DNA of 64,000 nt from Candidatus Tayloriibacteriota bacterium (lineage in GTDB: Bacteria > Patescibacteriota > Minisyncoccia > Phycocordibacterales > PALSA-1337): contig JANNAN010000017.1 in NCBI GenBank assembly GCA_031384385.1, positions 3,020-67,019 of the forward strand, in the 5' to 3' direction. The stretch's first letter is position 1. Every line of letters begins with the position of its first letter. Of the stretch, positions 19,339-27,532 are shown in pieces. The notes beneath the pieces are model-generated. The model ran no database searches. It was given only the letters and a program-made list of their open reading frames with translations, and was not told the origin of the DNA. A program made the translations under genes and the position numbers.

Positions 19339-20751
19339 ATGATTGATTTATCAAAACTTACAATTACAAAAGCTCATGAGGATTTGAAAAGTGGAAAATA
19401 TTTTGCCGTAGATCTTGCTCAGGCTTATCTTGATGAAATCGCAAATAAAAATAAAGAAATAAATGCATATTTGGAAATTTTTTCTGATGTAATAGAACAA
19501 GCCAAAGAAGCTGATAAAAGATTCAAAGATGGCACAGCCACTATTTTAACTGGAATTCCATTTGCGATTAAAGATAATATTTTGATAAAAGGACGAATAG
19601 CTAGTGCCGCTTCAAAGATTTTAGAAAATTATCATGCAATCTATGATGCTACCGTAATTGAAAAATTAAAAAAAGAAGGAGTTGTTTTTATGGGTAGAAC
19701 AAATATGGACGAATTCGCTATGGGTGGCTCTACAGAGAATTCTTCTTTTGGAGTTACAAAGAATCCTTATGATATTTCAACTGTTGCAGGTGGTTCTTCT
19801 GGTGGCTCTGCTGCAGTTTTGGCAATGAATGGCGCATTAGCAGCTCTGGGAACAGATACTGGGGGCTCTATTCGTCAGCCAGCAAGTTTTTGTGGCCTTG
19901 TTGGCCTGAAGCCCACTTATGGTCGTGTTTCTAGATATGGAGCAATGGCTATGGGTTCTTCATTGGATCAAATTGGTCCATTTGGGAAAACAGTTGAAGA
20001 TACTGAAATAATTTATAATGCGATTAAAGGAAAAGATATAAAAGATAGCACAACTATTTCTGATGAAACTTATTCAATTAAAAATTCCGGTAAAAACTTT
20101 GTTATTGGTGTTCCTAGACATTTTCTCGGTGGTGACGGAATTAAAAAAGATATAATTGATAATTTCAATGAATCAATTGAAAAATTTAAAAAACTTGGTT
20201 ATGAAATAAAAGATATTACTTTACCAAATATAGGATATTCTTTGGCTGTTTACTATGTGATTATGCCCGCTGAAGTTTCTTCAAATCTCGCTAGATTTGA
20301 TAGTGTAAGATTTGGTCTTCATAAGGATGGAGATAATGGTATAGATGATTATTTTGTAACTCGTGGTCTTGGTTTTGGTAAAGAAGTCAGAAGAAGAATA
20401 TTGCTTGGAACTTATGTTCTTTCATCTGGATACTATGATGCTTATTATAATCGTGCCAATGCTGTAAGAAAAATAATTACTGATGATTTTGTGAAAGCTT
20501 TTGAGAATGTTGATATAATACTAACACCTACAACTCCAGCACCGGCTTTCAAAATTGGTGAAAAGACTTCTGATCCAGTTGCAATGTATCTTGAAGATAT
20601 ATTTACAGTTACAGCAAATCTTACCGGAATGCCAGCGATTTCAATTCCATCTGGTTTTAGTGGGCCACTTCCAATTGGACTTCAATTGACTGCAAATCAT
20701 GGTAACGAAGATTTATTATTTAAAGTTTCAAAAGAATTTTTAGCTGAATAA
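19339..20751 (+). CDS. gatA: Asp/Glu-tRNA amidotransferase subunit A (amidase signature family)
   Basis: Amidase signature GGSSGGSAAVLA...GTDTGGSIRQPA. Confidence 0.85.
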   Translation: MIDLSKLTITKAHEDLKSGKYFAVDLAQAYLDEIANKNKEINAYLEIFSDVIEQAKEADKRFKDGTATILTGIPFAIKDNILIKGRIASAASKILENYHAIYDATVIEKLKKEGVVFMGRTNMDEFAMGGSTENSSFGVTKNPYDISTVAGGSSGGSAAVLAMNGALAALGTDTGGSIRQPASFCGLVGLKPTYGRVSRYGAMAMGSSLDQIGPFGKTVEDTEIIYNAIKGKDIKDSTTISDETYSIKNSGKNFVIGVPRHFLGGDGIKKDIIDNFNESIEKFKKLGYEIKDITLPNIGYSLAVYYVIMPAEVSSNLARFDSVRFGLHKDGDNGIDDYFVTRGLGFGKEVRRRILLGTYVLSSGYYDAYYNRANAVRKIITDDFVKAFENVDIILTPTTPAPAFKIGEKTSDPVAMYLEDIFTVTANLTGMPAISIPSGFSGPLPIGLQLTANHGNEDLLFKVSKEFLAE

Positions 20752-20761
20752 TTTAAAAAAT

Positions 20762-21364
20762 ATGGAAGAAAAAACAGCAGAATTGATAACAGTTCCAACA
20801 TACGATATAGCACATTTTTTTAATGTCATTATCGATTTTTTTGTAAATTATTTTCCACAAATCATTTTTGGATTTAAAAGTTTATTAGGGTATATTATTG
20901 CCTTATCTATTGTAGTTTCTTTAGTTTTATTTCTTGGAATAATATTTTCAGTTGAAAGTTTAAAAGCTATTCGTAGAAGAGAAAGTGAAATATTAGATGC
21001 AAAAGTCGATATGGGATACGAGACGGTAGTTAAAGGAGGTGATCCTGAATTGACTAATAGATGGAAAAGGATTACTCAAAAAATTGAATCCATAAATGAA
21101 AGTGATTGGCGTCAGGCTATTATTGAAGCTGATGTAATTCTTGCTGATCTTTTAACAAAAATGGGATATAAAGGTAATGGTGTTGGTGAACAATTAAAAA
21201 GAGTTGTAAGAGGGGATTTTGAAACAATTGATCAAGCTTGGGAAGCTCATAAGGTTAGAAATGATATTGCTCATGGTGGTTCAGAAATTGTTTTGAATCA
21301 AATGGAAGCCAGAAGAGTAATAAATTTATATAGGCAGGTATTCGAAGAATTCTACTATATCTAG
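20762..21364 (+). CDS. Membrane-anchored HEPN-domain protein
   Basis: N-terminal TM helix. C-terminal HEPN motif R-x4-H (KVRNDIAHGGSEIV). Confidence 0.5.
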   Translation: MEEKTAELITVPTYDIAHFFNVIIDFFVNYFPQIIFGFKSLLGYIIALSIVVSLVLFLGIIFSVESLKAIRRRESEILDAKVDMGYETVVKGGDPELTNRWKRITQKIESINESDWRQAIIEADVILADLLTKMGYKGNGVGEQLKRVVRGDFETIDQAWEAHKVRNDIAHGGSEIVLNQMEARRVINLYRQVFEEFYYI

Positions 21365-21409
21365 CCATTATTGCTTTTTTATGTCTGTATGATATTATAA
21401 TATTTACAT

Positions 21410-21481
21410 AGCGGGGTAGGGTAACGGTAACCCGTCAGGCTCATAACCTGAAAATTGGCGGTTCGATTCCGCCCTCCGCAA
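21410..21481 (+). tRNA. tRNA-Met (CAT), initiator-like with an unpaired 1-72 position
   Basis: Anticodon loop CTCATAA. Acceptor positions 2-7 GCGGGG pair with CTCCGC. A1 opposes A72. T-loop GGCGG-TTCGATT-CCGCC. Confidence 0.7.
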
Positions 21482-21492
21482 CAAGTAAAATG

Positions 21493-21518
21493 AAAAGTGG
21501 CGCGATTCGCCATTTTTT
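21493..21518 (+). terminator. Hairpin with T-run between the two CAT tRNAs
   Basis: AAAAG-TGGCG-cgatt-CGCCA-TTTTTT. Confidence 0.5.
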
Positions 21519-21535
21519 GTTATATTTTATTTTAT

Positions 21536-21606
21536 GTCGGTGTAGTTCAATGGTAGAACGAAGGACTCATAAGCCTTAGACAATGGTTCGATTCCATTCA
21601 TCGACA
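21536..21606 (+). tRNA. tRNA with CAT anticodon (elongator Met or lysidine Ile2)
   Basis: Acceptor GTCGGTG/CATCGAC. Anticodon loop CTCATAA. T-arm ATGG-TTCGATT-CCAT. Confidence 0.7.
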
Positions 21607-21684
21607 CAAATTTTTTCAAACGTTTTTTAATTGCAGACATTTTTTCTTGCCTTTTCTGTATTTTTTGATACATTTATCAGTATT

Positions 21685-21758
21685 GCGATCGTAGCTCAAC
21701 TGGTTAGAGCACCCGCCTGTCACGTGGGAGGTTACGGGTTCGAGCCCCGCCGATCGCG
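21685..21758 (+). tRNA. tRNA-Asp (GTC)
   Basis: Acceptor GCGATCG/CGATCGC. Anticodon loop CTGTCAC. Discriminator G. Confidence 0.8.
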
Positions 21759-21773
21759 CATAAATAAAATATT

Positions 21774-21983
21774 ATGGATACAGAAAATTTTGAAGGTATA
21801 TTTGTAGATGATAATAGGTCAAAAGTTTTGGCTATAAGAGATCAGGTTTTTGCTATGGGAAATAATGATTCAGAGAAATCTCGTTTTGATGAAATTTTGG
21901 CTGGACTTGAAAATGATTCTATAAGTGGTGACAAAGCAATAGAGGAAGCAAATAGCATTCTTAATAGTAAGATAATGAGATAA
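21774..21983 (+). CDS. Small acidic hypothetical protein (69 aa) embedded in the tRNA array
   Basis: Intact ORF with ATG start between tRNA-Asp and tRNA-Thr. No recognisable domain. Confidence 0.3.
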   Translation: MDTENFEGIFVDDNRSKVLAIRDQVFAMGNNDSEKSRFDEILAGLENDSISGDKAIEEANSILNSKIMR

Positions 21984-21997
21984 TTGAATTTTATTGT

Positions 21998-22073
21998 GCC
22001 GACGTAGCTCGGTTGGTAGAGCACTCCATTGGTAATGGAGAGGTCATCGGTTCGATCCCGATCGTCGGCTCCA
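21998..22073 (+). tRNA. tRNA-Thr (GGT), with encoded CCA
   Basis: Acceptor GCCGACG/CGTCGGC. Anticodon stem CTCCA/TGGAG with loop TTGGTAA. 3' TCCA. Confidence 0.85.
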
Positions 22074-22078
22074 GTGTC

Positions 22079-22143
22079 GCCAAAGTAGCTCAGTTGGTAG
22101 AGCATCACTTTCGTAAAGTGAGGGCCTCCGGTTCGATCCCGGA
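22079..22143 (+). tRNA. tRNA-Thr (CGT)
   Basis: Acceptor GCCAAAG/CTTTGGC. Anticodon stem TCACT/AGTGA with loop TTCGTAA. Confidence 0.8.
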
Positions 22144-22303
22144 CTTTGGCTCATTTAAGAATATATGCTATAATAGTTTTTAACCGAGATGGAAGTTGTG
22201 GTCAATTAATGTCCTAGGACATTTGATGATATGGTGAGACATCCGTCTCTTTTTTCCATTCATCTTCTACCCACTACGACCCCACTCGGTTTTCTTTTTA
22301 TAT

Positions 22304-23185
22304 ATGGATAAGCAAAAAACAGAATTAAGAATACAAGAAATTGAAATAGCAATGCAAGCAGGAGATTTTTGGTCTGATAAAAATAAAGCTCAAGCAACAC
22401 TGAAGGAACTGCAAGATTTAAAAAATAATCTTGAAGGAATTGGTAAATTTGATAAAGGAAATGCCATCATGACTATTTTTTCTGGTGCAGGAGGAGATGA
22501 TGCGGAAGATTTTTCTGCAATTTTATATAGAATGTATAGAAAATTTTGTGAGAAACAAGGATGGGGAATGGAATTAATTCACGAAAATGTTAATGATCAT
22601 GGTGGTTTTAGAAATATTACAGTCGAAATAACTGGTAAAAATATTTATGGAACTTTAAAAAATGAAAGTGGAGTTCATCGTCTTGTTCGTATCTCTCCAT
22701 TTAATGCTAAACAACTTCGGCACACTTCATTTTCAATGGTTGAAATTATTCCAAAATTTGAAAAGATAAACAGTATTGATATGGAATTATCAGAAAAAGA
22801 CATTGAAATTTCAATTGCAAAATCAGGAGGTCCTGGAGGACAGAACGTCAATAAAAGAGAAACTGCAGTTAGGATTGTCCATAAACCAACAGGACTTTCG
22901 GTGCATGTAACTTCAGAAAGATCCCAAGCCCAAAATAAAGAAAAAGCATTAGATATTTTGAAGGGTAAATTATTTAAGCAAATGGAAGATGAGAGAATCG
23001 CCAAAGAAAAAGGAATGTATATTAGTAAGTCTACATCTATTGAATGGGGCAATCAAATTCGATCATATGTATTTCACCCTTATAAAATGGTAAAAGATCA
23101 TAGAACCAATGTAGAAACAAATCAAGTTGAAAAAGTTCTCGAGGGAGAATTGGAGGATTTTCTTGAAGCAGAGAAGGTATTATAA
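22304..23185 (+). CDS. prfB: Peptide chain release factor 2, N-terminally short. No programmed frameshift site is apparent.
   Basis: SPF tripeptide motif (SPFNAK) and GGQ motif ([20 protein letters not shown]). The N-terminus aligns with the post-frameshift portion of canonical RF2. Confidence 0.8.
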   Translation: MDKQKTELRIQEIEIAMQAGDFWSDKNKAQATLKELQDLKNNLEGIGKFDKGNAIMTIFSGAGGDDAEDFSAILYRMYRKFCEKQGWGMELIHENVNDHGGFRNITVEITGKNIYGTLKNESGVHRLVRISPFNAKQLRHTSFSMVEIIPKFEKINSIDMELSEKDIEISIAKSGGPGGQNVNKRETAVRIVHKPTGLSVHVTSERSQAQNKEKALDILKGKLFKQMEDERIAKEKGMYISKSTSIEWGNQIRSYVFHPYKMVKDHRTNVETNQVEKVLEGELEDFLEAEKVL

Positions 23186-23212
23186 AAAGAGTTTTTTTGT
23201 TATAATAACTGC

Positions 23213-23893
23213 ATGATTTATTTTGATAAAGTTTCAAAAATATACCCAGACGAATCGATGGCTCTTGACGGAGTTAGTTTTGGAATAAAACCCAATGAAT
23301 TCGTGACTATTGTTGGTCATTCAGGAGCAGGAAAAACTACACTTATAAAAATGCTAATCGCCGAAGACAGACCGTCAGAAGGTGCTGTTTTTTTTGAATC
23401 AGCAAATATTCATAAATTAAAAAAGGGAGAAATGAATAAATTGCGAAGACGCATTGGAACTATTTTTCAAGACTTTCGTTTGATTCCAAATAAGACAGCA
23501 TACGAAAATATTGCATTTGCTATGGAGGCTTCTGGATGTACAGATGGAGAGATAGCATCTGATGTTCCTCATGTTTTAGAGCTTGTAGGTCTTGGTCATA
23601 AGATTTGGAGTTTTCCGCATGAACTTTCTGGTGGTGAAAAACAACGCGTGGCTATTGCGAGGGCAATTGTAAATCAGCCAGATATTATTATTGCAGATGA
23701 ACCTACTGGAAATCTTGATCCAATAAATACTTATGAAATTATAAAAATTCTTCAAAAAATTAATGAATTGGGAACTACTGTTTTGCTAACAACTCATAAT
23801 AAGGGTGTTGTAGATACAGTAAACAGTCGAGTTATTACAATGGAAAAGGGTAAGATTATCCGTGATGATAAAGATGGGAAGTATGTTTTATAA
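23213..23893 (+). CDS. ftsE: Cell-division ABC ATPase FtsE
   Basis: Walker A GHSGAGKTT, LSGGEKQR signature, and an adjacent ftsX. Confidence 0.8.
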   Translation: MIYFDKVSKIYPDESMALDGVSFGIKPNEFVTIVGHSGAGKTTLIKMLIAEDRPSEGAVFFESANIHKLKKGEMNKLRRRIGTIFQDFRLIPNKTAYENIAFAMEASGCTDGEIASDVPHVLELVGLGHKIWSFPHELSGGEKQRVAIARAIVNQPDIIIADEPTGNLDPINTYEIIKILQKINELGTTVLLTTHNKGVVDTVNSRVITMEKGKIIRDDKDGKYVL

Positions 23894-23910
23894 TTAATTA
23901 CTTATTAAAT

Positions 23911-24867
23911 ATGATTTTTACTAATTTAAAAAGAATAACTAGAACAGGATTTATAAATTTTTGGCGAAATGGTTTTCTTTCATTTTCTGCAATGGTTGTC
24001 ATTACGCTTTCGCTTTCAGTTTTCGGAGCTTTGATTTTTGGAAGTGCATTTGGAAGAGCTCTTCTTAAGGAGGTTAAAAATAAAGTCGATATAAATGTAT
24101 ATTTCGTACTAGATTCTCAAGAGACAGACATTTTGGCTTTGAAAAAAATAGTAGAAAGTTTACCAGAGGTTGATAAAATCGAGTATGTTTCTCGTGAACA
24201 ATCATTGATTGATTTCAAAAATAAATGGAAAGATAATACGCTAATTTTACAGGGTCTTGATGAAATTGGGGATAATCCTTTTCCTGCTGTTTTAAATATA
24301 AAAGCAAAAGAACCATCACAATATTCTGGTATTACTCATTTTCTTGATAGTAAAAGTGCACTTTCAAAAGGCGGTACAAATATTATAGAAAAGATAAATT
24401 ATAATCAGAATAAATTAATTATTGATAGGCTTGGTAGAATTATTCCAGCAGCTGAAAAGACTGGATCACTTATTGCGATACTTTTTGTAATTGTGGCTAT
24501 TGTTATTACATTCAATACTATTAGACTTATTATTTTTACAGCAAAAGATGAAATTTCAGTTATGAAATTGGTAGGTGCATCAAATCTTTATATCAGAGGA
24601 CCATTCGTTGTTTCTGGAATAATGTACGGAGTTTTTTCTGGAATTCTAACACTCATAGTTCTTGGTGGATTTGCATATTATAGCGATACTTTAATTATGA
24701 GATTTGCTGGAGTTCGTGGAGCTCAAGATTTCTCACTTCTTATAAATGTTTTCTCAAGTTATTTTATTCAAAATTTTGGTCAAATATTTGCAATTATAAT
24801 GGGATCAGGAATTGTCCTTGGAGGTATATCAAGCTACTTATCAGTTAAAAGATATTTGCGAATATGA
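23911..24867 (+). CDS. ftsX: Cell-division permease-like protein FtsX
   Basis: N-terminal TM helix, a large extracellular loop, three C-terminal TM helices. Located downstream of ftsE. Confidence 0.75.
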   Translation: MIFTNLKRITRTGFINFWRNGFLSFSAMVVITLSLSVFGALIFGSAFGRALLKEVKNKVDINVYFVLDSQETDILALKKIVESLPEVDKIEYVSREQSLIDFKNKWKDNTLILQGLDEIGDNPFPAVLNIKAKEPSQYSGITHFLDSKSALSKGGTNIIEKINYNQNKLIIDRLGRIIPAAEKTGSLIAILFVIVAIVITFNTIRLIIFTAKDEISVMKLVGASNLYIRGPFVVSGIMYGVFSGILTLIVLGGFAYYSDTLIMRFAGVRGAQDFSLLINVFSSYFIQNFGQIFAIIMGSGIVLGGISSYLSVKRYLRI

Positions 24868-26531
24868 AAAAGAAAAATCATCATAAATATATCTTTGTTG
24901 TTGGAGGAGTTATGTCTGGAGTTGGAAAGGGAATCGCCACTTCGTCTATTGGAACTCTTCTTCAAGCAAAAGGTTTTGATGTAAATCTAGCTAAGGTTGA
25001 TCCATATTTGAATGTCGACGCAGGAACAATGAACCCCACCGAACATGGTGAGGTTTTTGTTTTGAATTCTGGGCTCGAAACAGATCAGGATATGGGGAAT
25101 TATGAAAGATTTTTAAATAGAGATTTAATTCATGAAGATTATATTACTTCTGGAATGGTCTATAAGCATGTAATTGATAAAGAAAGAAATTTAGGATTTA
25201 AAGGTAAATGTGTAGAAGCAGTACCACATATTCGTGATGAAATTGTTGGTAGATTTGAAAATGCTGCAAAATTAAATAAAAGTGAAATCTCGATAATTGA
25301 AATTGGTGGTACAGTTGGTGATTATCAAAATATTATGTTTATTGAAGCTGCCCGTGTTTTGAAAATCAATCATCCAGATGATGTAGTATTTATTATGGTG
25401 AGTTATCTTCCAATTCCTTCAAAAATAGGTGAAATGAAAAGCCGACCAACTCAAAATGCTGTTCATCAGCTTGCTGGCTACGGCGTTACAACTGATATTA
25501 TAATTGCTCGTTCTGAAGCCGTGGTTGATCAAAAGAGAAAGGAGAAAATTGGTATTGCATGTAATATTCCTGAACAAAATGTTATTTCAGCGCCTGATAT
25601 TGATTCTGTTTATGATGTTCCATTAAATTTTGATAAAGATGGACTCGGCGATATTTTATTAAAATCTCTAAAATTAGAAAAAAGAAAAGGTAAAGGATTG
25701 GGTAATTGGAAGAAATTTGCTCACAATATTAAAAATTCTGAAAAAGAAATTAATATTGCAATTGTTGGTAAATATTTTAATACTGGTGACTTCGTTCTTA
25801 CTGATGCATATCTTTCTGTTCTTGAAGCAATTAAATACTCAGCTTGCGTTCATAAAGTAAAAGCAAAAATTCATACTGTAAATTCTCGTGATTTTGAAAT
25901 TAAAAATCCTGATTATTCTTCTCTAAATAAATTTGATGGTGTAATTGTGCCAGGTGGATTTGGCGAAACTGGAATTGAAGGAAAATTGAATGTAATTAAA
26001 TATGTTCGTGAAAATAAAATTCCATATTTTGGACTTTGTTATGGAATGCAATTGATGACTATTGAATATGCAAGAAATGTTCTTGGTCTTGAAAACGCTC
26101 AAACTGCTGAAATAAATCCAAAAGCTGAGCATTTGATTATCGATATTATGCCCGATCAAAAGAAGAAATTACTTGAAAAGGACTATGGTGCAAGTATGAG
26201 ACTTGGTTTATACACTGCAAAAATTAGAAAAGATACTATTGCATTTAATGCCTATAAAACAAATACAATTCATGAAAGACATCGTCATCGTTATGAGGTG
26301 AATCCAAAATATATTGAAAGATTGGAAAAAGGAGGACTAGTATTTTCTGCTACATCACCAAATGGTACTCTTATGGAGATTGCTGAACTTCCACAAGGAG
26401 AAGGTGAGGGTCAGCATCCATTTTTTCTTGGAACACAATTCCATCCAGAATATTTAGCTAGACCATTAAGACCACATCCATTATTTACGGAATTTATTAA
26501 GGTAGCGAAGAATAGGAAGAGTAAGATATAA
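24864..26531 (+). CDS. pyrG: CTP synthase
   Basis: N-terminal synthetase domain (IFVVGGVMSGVGKGIATSS) and C-terminal class I glutamine amidotransferase (GLCYGMQL). Confidence 0.9.
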   Translation: MKKKNHHKYIFVVGGVMSGVGKGIATSSIGTLLQAKGFDVNLAKVDPYLNVDAGTMNPTEHGEVFVLNSGLETDQDMGNYERFLNRDLIHEDYITSGMVYKHVIDKERNLGFKGKCVEAVPHIRDEIVGRFENAAKLNKSEISIIEIGGTVGDYQNIMFIEAARVLKINHPDDVVFIMVSYLPIPSKIGEMKSRPTQNAVHQLAGYGVTTDIIIARSEAVVDQKRKEKIGIACNIPEQNVISAPDIDSVYDVPLNFDKDGLGDILLKSLKLEKRKGKGLGNWKKFAHNIKNSEKEINIAIVGKYFNTGDFVLTDAYLSVLEAIKYSACVHKVKAKIHTVNSRDFEIKNPDYSSLNKFDGVIVPGGFGETGIEGKLNVIKYVRENKIPYFGLCYGMQLMTIEYARNVLGLENAQTAEINPKAEHLIIDIMPDQKKKLLEKDYGASMRLGLYTAKIRKDTIAFNAYKTNTIHERHRHRYEVNPKYIERLEKGGLVFSATSPNGTLMEIAELPQGEGEGQHPFFLGTQFHPEYLARPLRPHPLFTEFIKVAKNRKSKI

Positions 26532-26539
26532 TAATCATT

Positions 26540-27415
26540 ATGTTAGCCACAGGAATAGTTCTTGCAATAATAGCCATGCTCTCTTGGGGTTTTGGTGATT
26601 TTCTTATTCAAAAAAATACTAGAAAAATTGGTGATTGGGATACTTTATTTTTTATAACATTATTTGGTTCGGTAATACTTTTACCATTTTGCTATAAACA
26701 AGTTTGGGATTTAATGAATCATTTTAATAGTGAGACATTGATTCTCTTGGTCGCATCAGTTACTCTATTTTTTGCGGCGATTATAGACTTTGAAGCTTTG
26801 AGAAAAGGGAAGCTTTCAATAGTTGAATCAATTTGGTCATTTGAAATTCCAATGACATCATTTTTGGCCTTTTTTATTTTAAAAGAAACTATTTCAGTAA
26901 CTGAATTTATTTTAATTGCATTACTTTTGATCTGTCTCGTTCTTGTTGCTTTTAATGAAAATAAATTTACTAAAAAATTCTTCTTAGAAAAAGGTGTAAT
27001 CTTTGCTTTGCTTTGGGCTGTACTGATGGGGTCTGCTAACTTTTTTATAGGCTGGGGTGCAAGAGTTACCGATCCAATTACAATTAACTTTATTACAGAT
27101 ACATTTTTAATGTTGATTTGTTTGATCGTACTTTTATTTAAAGGTAATTATAAAAAAACAGTAAAAGATATTAAAAATAATTTAGGTACACTTTTACCAA
27201 TGTCTATTGCTGATAAAGTAGCATGGCTAGCCTTTGCCTATGCAATGGTTCTAACTCCGATAGCGATTGCAACAGCTTTAAGTGAAAGTTATATAATTGT
27301 GGCGGTTATGCTCGGAGTTTTTATTAATAAAGAGAAATTATATAAACATCAAAAAATTGGAATTGTGGGGGCGGTGGCATTTGCAATAACTTTGGCAGTG
27401 ATTAGTTCGAATTAA
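26540..27415 (+). CDS. EamA/DMT-family membrane transporter-like protein
   Basis: About 10 predicted TM helices in two repeated halves. Confidence 0.45.
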   Translation: MLATGIVLAIIAMLSWGFGDFLIQKNTRKIGDWDTLFFITLFGSVILLPFCYKQVWDLMNHFNSETLILLVASVTLFFAAIIDFEALRKGKLSIVESIWSFEIPMTSFLAFFILKETISVTEFILIALLLICLVLVAFNENKFTKKFFLEKGVIFALLWAVLMGSANFFIGWGARVTDPITINFITDTFLMLICLIVLLFKGNYKKTVKDIKNNLGTLLPMSIADKVAWLAFAYAMVLTPIAIATALSESYIIVAVMLGVFINKEKLYKHQKIGIVGAVAFAITLAVISSN

Positions 27416-27460
27416 TTTAGCTTGAATAAACTCAATTTTTAAGGTATTTTGTAAGGACAT

Positions 27461-27532
27461 TGCCAGATCGTCTAACGGTAGGACGTCGCTCTCTGAAAGC
27501 GAAAATTTTGGTTCGATTCCAAGTCTGGCAGC
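27461..27532 (+). tRNA. tRNA-Gln (CTG)
   Basis: Acceptor TGCCAGA/TCTGGCA (U1-A72 as in bacterial tRNA-Gln). Anticodon stem TCGCT/AGCGA with loop CTCTGAA. T-arm TTTGG-TTCGATT-CCAAG. Confidence 0.8.

Noticed and set aside
22229-22309. Upstream 26-codon ORF ([26 protein letters not shown]) ending one base into the prfB ATG. Considered as the frame-0 part of a programmed +1 frameshift.
   Set aside because: It has no similarity to the RF2 N-terminus and no CUU-UGA-C shift site. The coincidence of length alone is insufficient.
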